Of a stretch of DNA of 64,000 bases, positions 62,609 to 64,000 are shown piece by piece. The stretch comes from a virus: IMG/VR virus record IMGVR_UViG_3300009550_000010, positions 12,906 through 76,905 of that record, one strand, 5' to 3'. Below the pieces are notes generated by a model, which was given only the letters and a program-made list of their open reading frames with translations, was not told where the DNA came from and ran no database searches. Both the position numbers and the translations under genes were made by a program. The stretch's first letter is position 1. Each line of letters opens with the position of its first letter.

Positions 62609-63996
62609 TATACTTCACCAAATGGGTTGATCTCTGTAAAGTCTAAGATTGAACTATCTGAGAAAGTTTGAATCTCATCACCAGAGTTTACAACGTCGTC
62701 ATCGTCATAATTGATATTATTTAGAACGTATGCAGCACCTGCTGTATTAGTAACTGTTTCACCAACAGAGAACTTATCAGATAGGTTACGTGCAAGGAGT
62801 TTTCCAGTAGTAACATTCCAGTCTGTAACGAATGCTGTGGTGAGAGATGATTGCCCAGTAATAACATCTCCGTAATGATATGTACCAGATCCGATTGTAG
62901 ATGCAGCACCGATTGTAATTGTTGGTGCGACTGTGTATCCAAAACCACTGTTGCTGACTTCGATTCTTGAAACTTGTTTTGTAGTTGTATTGATAAACGC
63001 TGTACCAATAGCAGTTGTACCACCTGTAGGTGCAGGGCTGAATGTGACTGGAGGATTCATTGAGTACTGAGATCCAGCAGATGTGAGGGTTATAATACCA
63101 ACACTACCTGTTGTGGCAATACCTGCAGAACCTACTGCTCCTGAACCATTTCCATCATCGGTTAAGAATTGTACCGTTGGAGACATAGTATAACCAAAAC
63201 CTGGATCAGTTATCTTGATAGATGTTACTGATAAAGTCTTGAAGTTTGATGTTCCGAAGGAAGTTGTCAATGCAACTGCTGTTGCGGTTCTACCAGTACC
63301 TACTGGTGCAGCTATCTGTATAGTTGGTGCATTTGTATAACCTGTACCACCAGATACAACATCGATCTTATGAATACTTCCTGATGCTAAACTGGTAATT
63401 GCTGTAGCAGTTGAACCAGCAGCAACCAATGTCATTGTGACATTATAACCTGCAGTTCTAAAGTCATCATCAACTGTATCTAATCCAGTATTGATTTCTT
63501 CTTCCCCATACTCGAATGGTTCGAGTGTCAATTGATAGGTGTAATTCTTTCTAAGTTGATAGAAGTCTACAACGTCATCTACGTACTTAATTTCAAATAA
63601 AATATCTCTCAGTGGAAAATATAAAAGATCGCCCTCCAAGGGTCTCTCAGGATCTTTAGAGAGTCCTGTCACTCCATCTAACAATGGCATGATGTACTCT
63701 TTATATCTTTCTTGCGATATCAACACTTCCATATTGGCTGTTGATCTTACACCAAATTTTGTTAGTAAATTATATCCCGAATCAAATCCTTCGTATGATT
63801 TTATATACCCTTCAATTGGAAATGCTCTGTCAAACTTTGATGTTGTAACCTCTCTTAAGATAGTTTTTGTATTCACAAAGATACGTGGCATATAGACAAA
63901 CTCTATGCCATGTATAGCAATAGTCTCGTTTGCAAGATCCTGTAAGAGTCTTTGCTCACCTTGACTACCTTGTAAAAAGAACGGGTTTAATGCCAT
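62608..63996 (-). CDS. gp14: Neck protein (gp14) with internal repeat insertion
   Basis: LNPFF, EQRLLQDL, YMPR, PLEGDLLYFP, NPFGE. Confidence 0.93.
   Translation of the reverse strand: MALNPFFLQGSQGEQRLLQDLANETIAIHGIEFVYMPRIFVNTKTILREVTTSKFDRAFPIEGYIKSYEGFDSGYNLLTKFGVRSTANMEVLISQERYKEYIMPLLDGVTGLSKDPERPLEGDLLYFPLRDILFEIKYVDDVVDFYQLRKNYTYQLTLEPFEYGEEEINTGLDTVDDDFRTAGYNVTMTLVAAGSTATAITSLASGSIHKIDVVSGGTGYTNAPTIQIAAPVGTGRTATAVALTTSFGTSNFKTLSVTSIKITDPGFGYTMSPTVQFLTDDGNGSGAVGSAGIATTGSVGIITLTSAGSQYSMNPPVTFSPAPTGGTTAIGTAFINTTTKQVSRIEVSNSGFGYTVAPTITIGAASTIGSGTYHYGDVITGQSSLTTAFVTDWNVTTGKLLARNLSDKFSVGETVTNTAGAAYVLNNINYDDDDVVNSGDEIQTFSDSSILDFTEINPFGEV
62910..63410 (-). repeat. Four protein-level repeats (I..GxGY..xP.V.I) within gp14
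   Basis: SGGTGYTNAPT, DPGFGYTMSPT, SAGSQYSMNPP, NSGFGYTVAPT; boundaries approximate. Confidence 0.75.
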
Positions 63997-64000
63997 TAGA

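Noticed and set aside
1-64000. tRNA genes, CRISPR arrays, transposases, DGR or reverse transcriptase
   Set aside because: No cloverleaf/TTCGA arm, no spaced direct repeats, and no DDE or RT motifs found by eye; intergenic gaps are short. A tRNAscan/CRISPR scan would be the formal check

Overview
This is a 64 kb segment of a T4-like cyanomyophage genome (Kyanoviridae type), almost all coded on the minus strand. The host is probably Prochlorococcus, an inference from the five-gene tandem hli cluster, psbN-like gene, talC and AT-rich sequence. Read in minus-strand order it contains: neck/tail/head genes (gp14, 15, 16, 17, 18, 19, 20, 21, 22, 23, gp3), uvsY/uvsW, late sigma gp55, gp47/46, an hli island, gp45/44/62, regA, hsp20, gp43, uvsX, gp41, mazG, a block of Lys-rich probable internal head proteins, primase, nrdA/B, a membrane-protein cluster, talC and a nucleotide-sugar cluster. 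Accessory enzymes (radical SAMs, amidinotransferase, 2OG oxygenase, Dam, SGNH hydrolase, nucleotidyltransferases) are wedged between core genes. The most interesting observations are: (1) the only plus-strand operon (4812-6427), late-promoted, encoding two paralogous exported beta-rich proteins and a candidate outer-membrane channel, facing a convergent late operon of membrane proteins; (2) a protease-site-punctuated Lys/Cys-rich polyprotein; (3) an A11 tract that may fuse two ORFs by slippage; (4) a structured RNA leader on a porin-like gene; (5) an orphan plus-strand sigma70 promoter firing antisense; (6) a split, order-reversed radical SAM/SPASM pair. I saw no tRNA, CRISPR array, intron or intein. 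All assignments come from motif recognition by eye; no searches were run.
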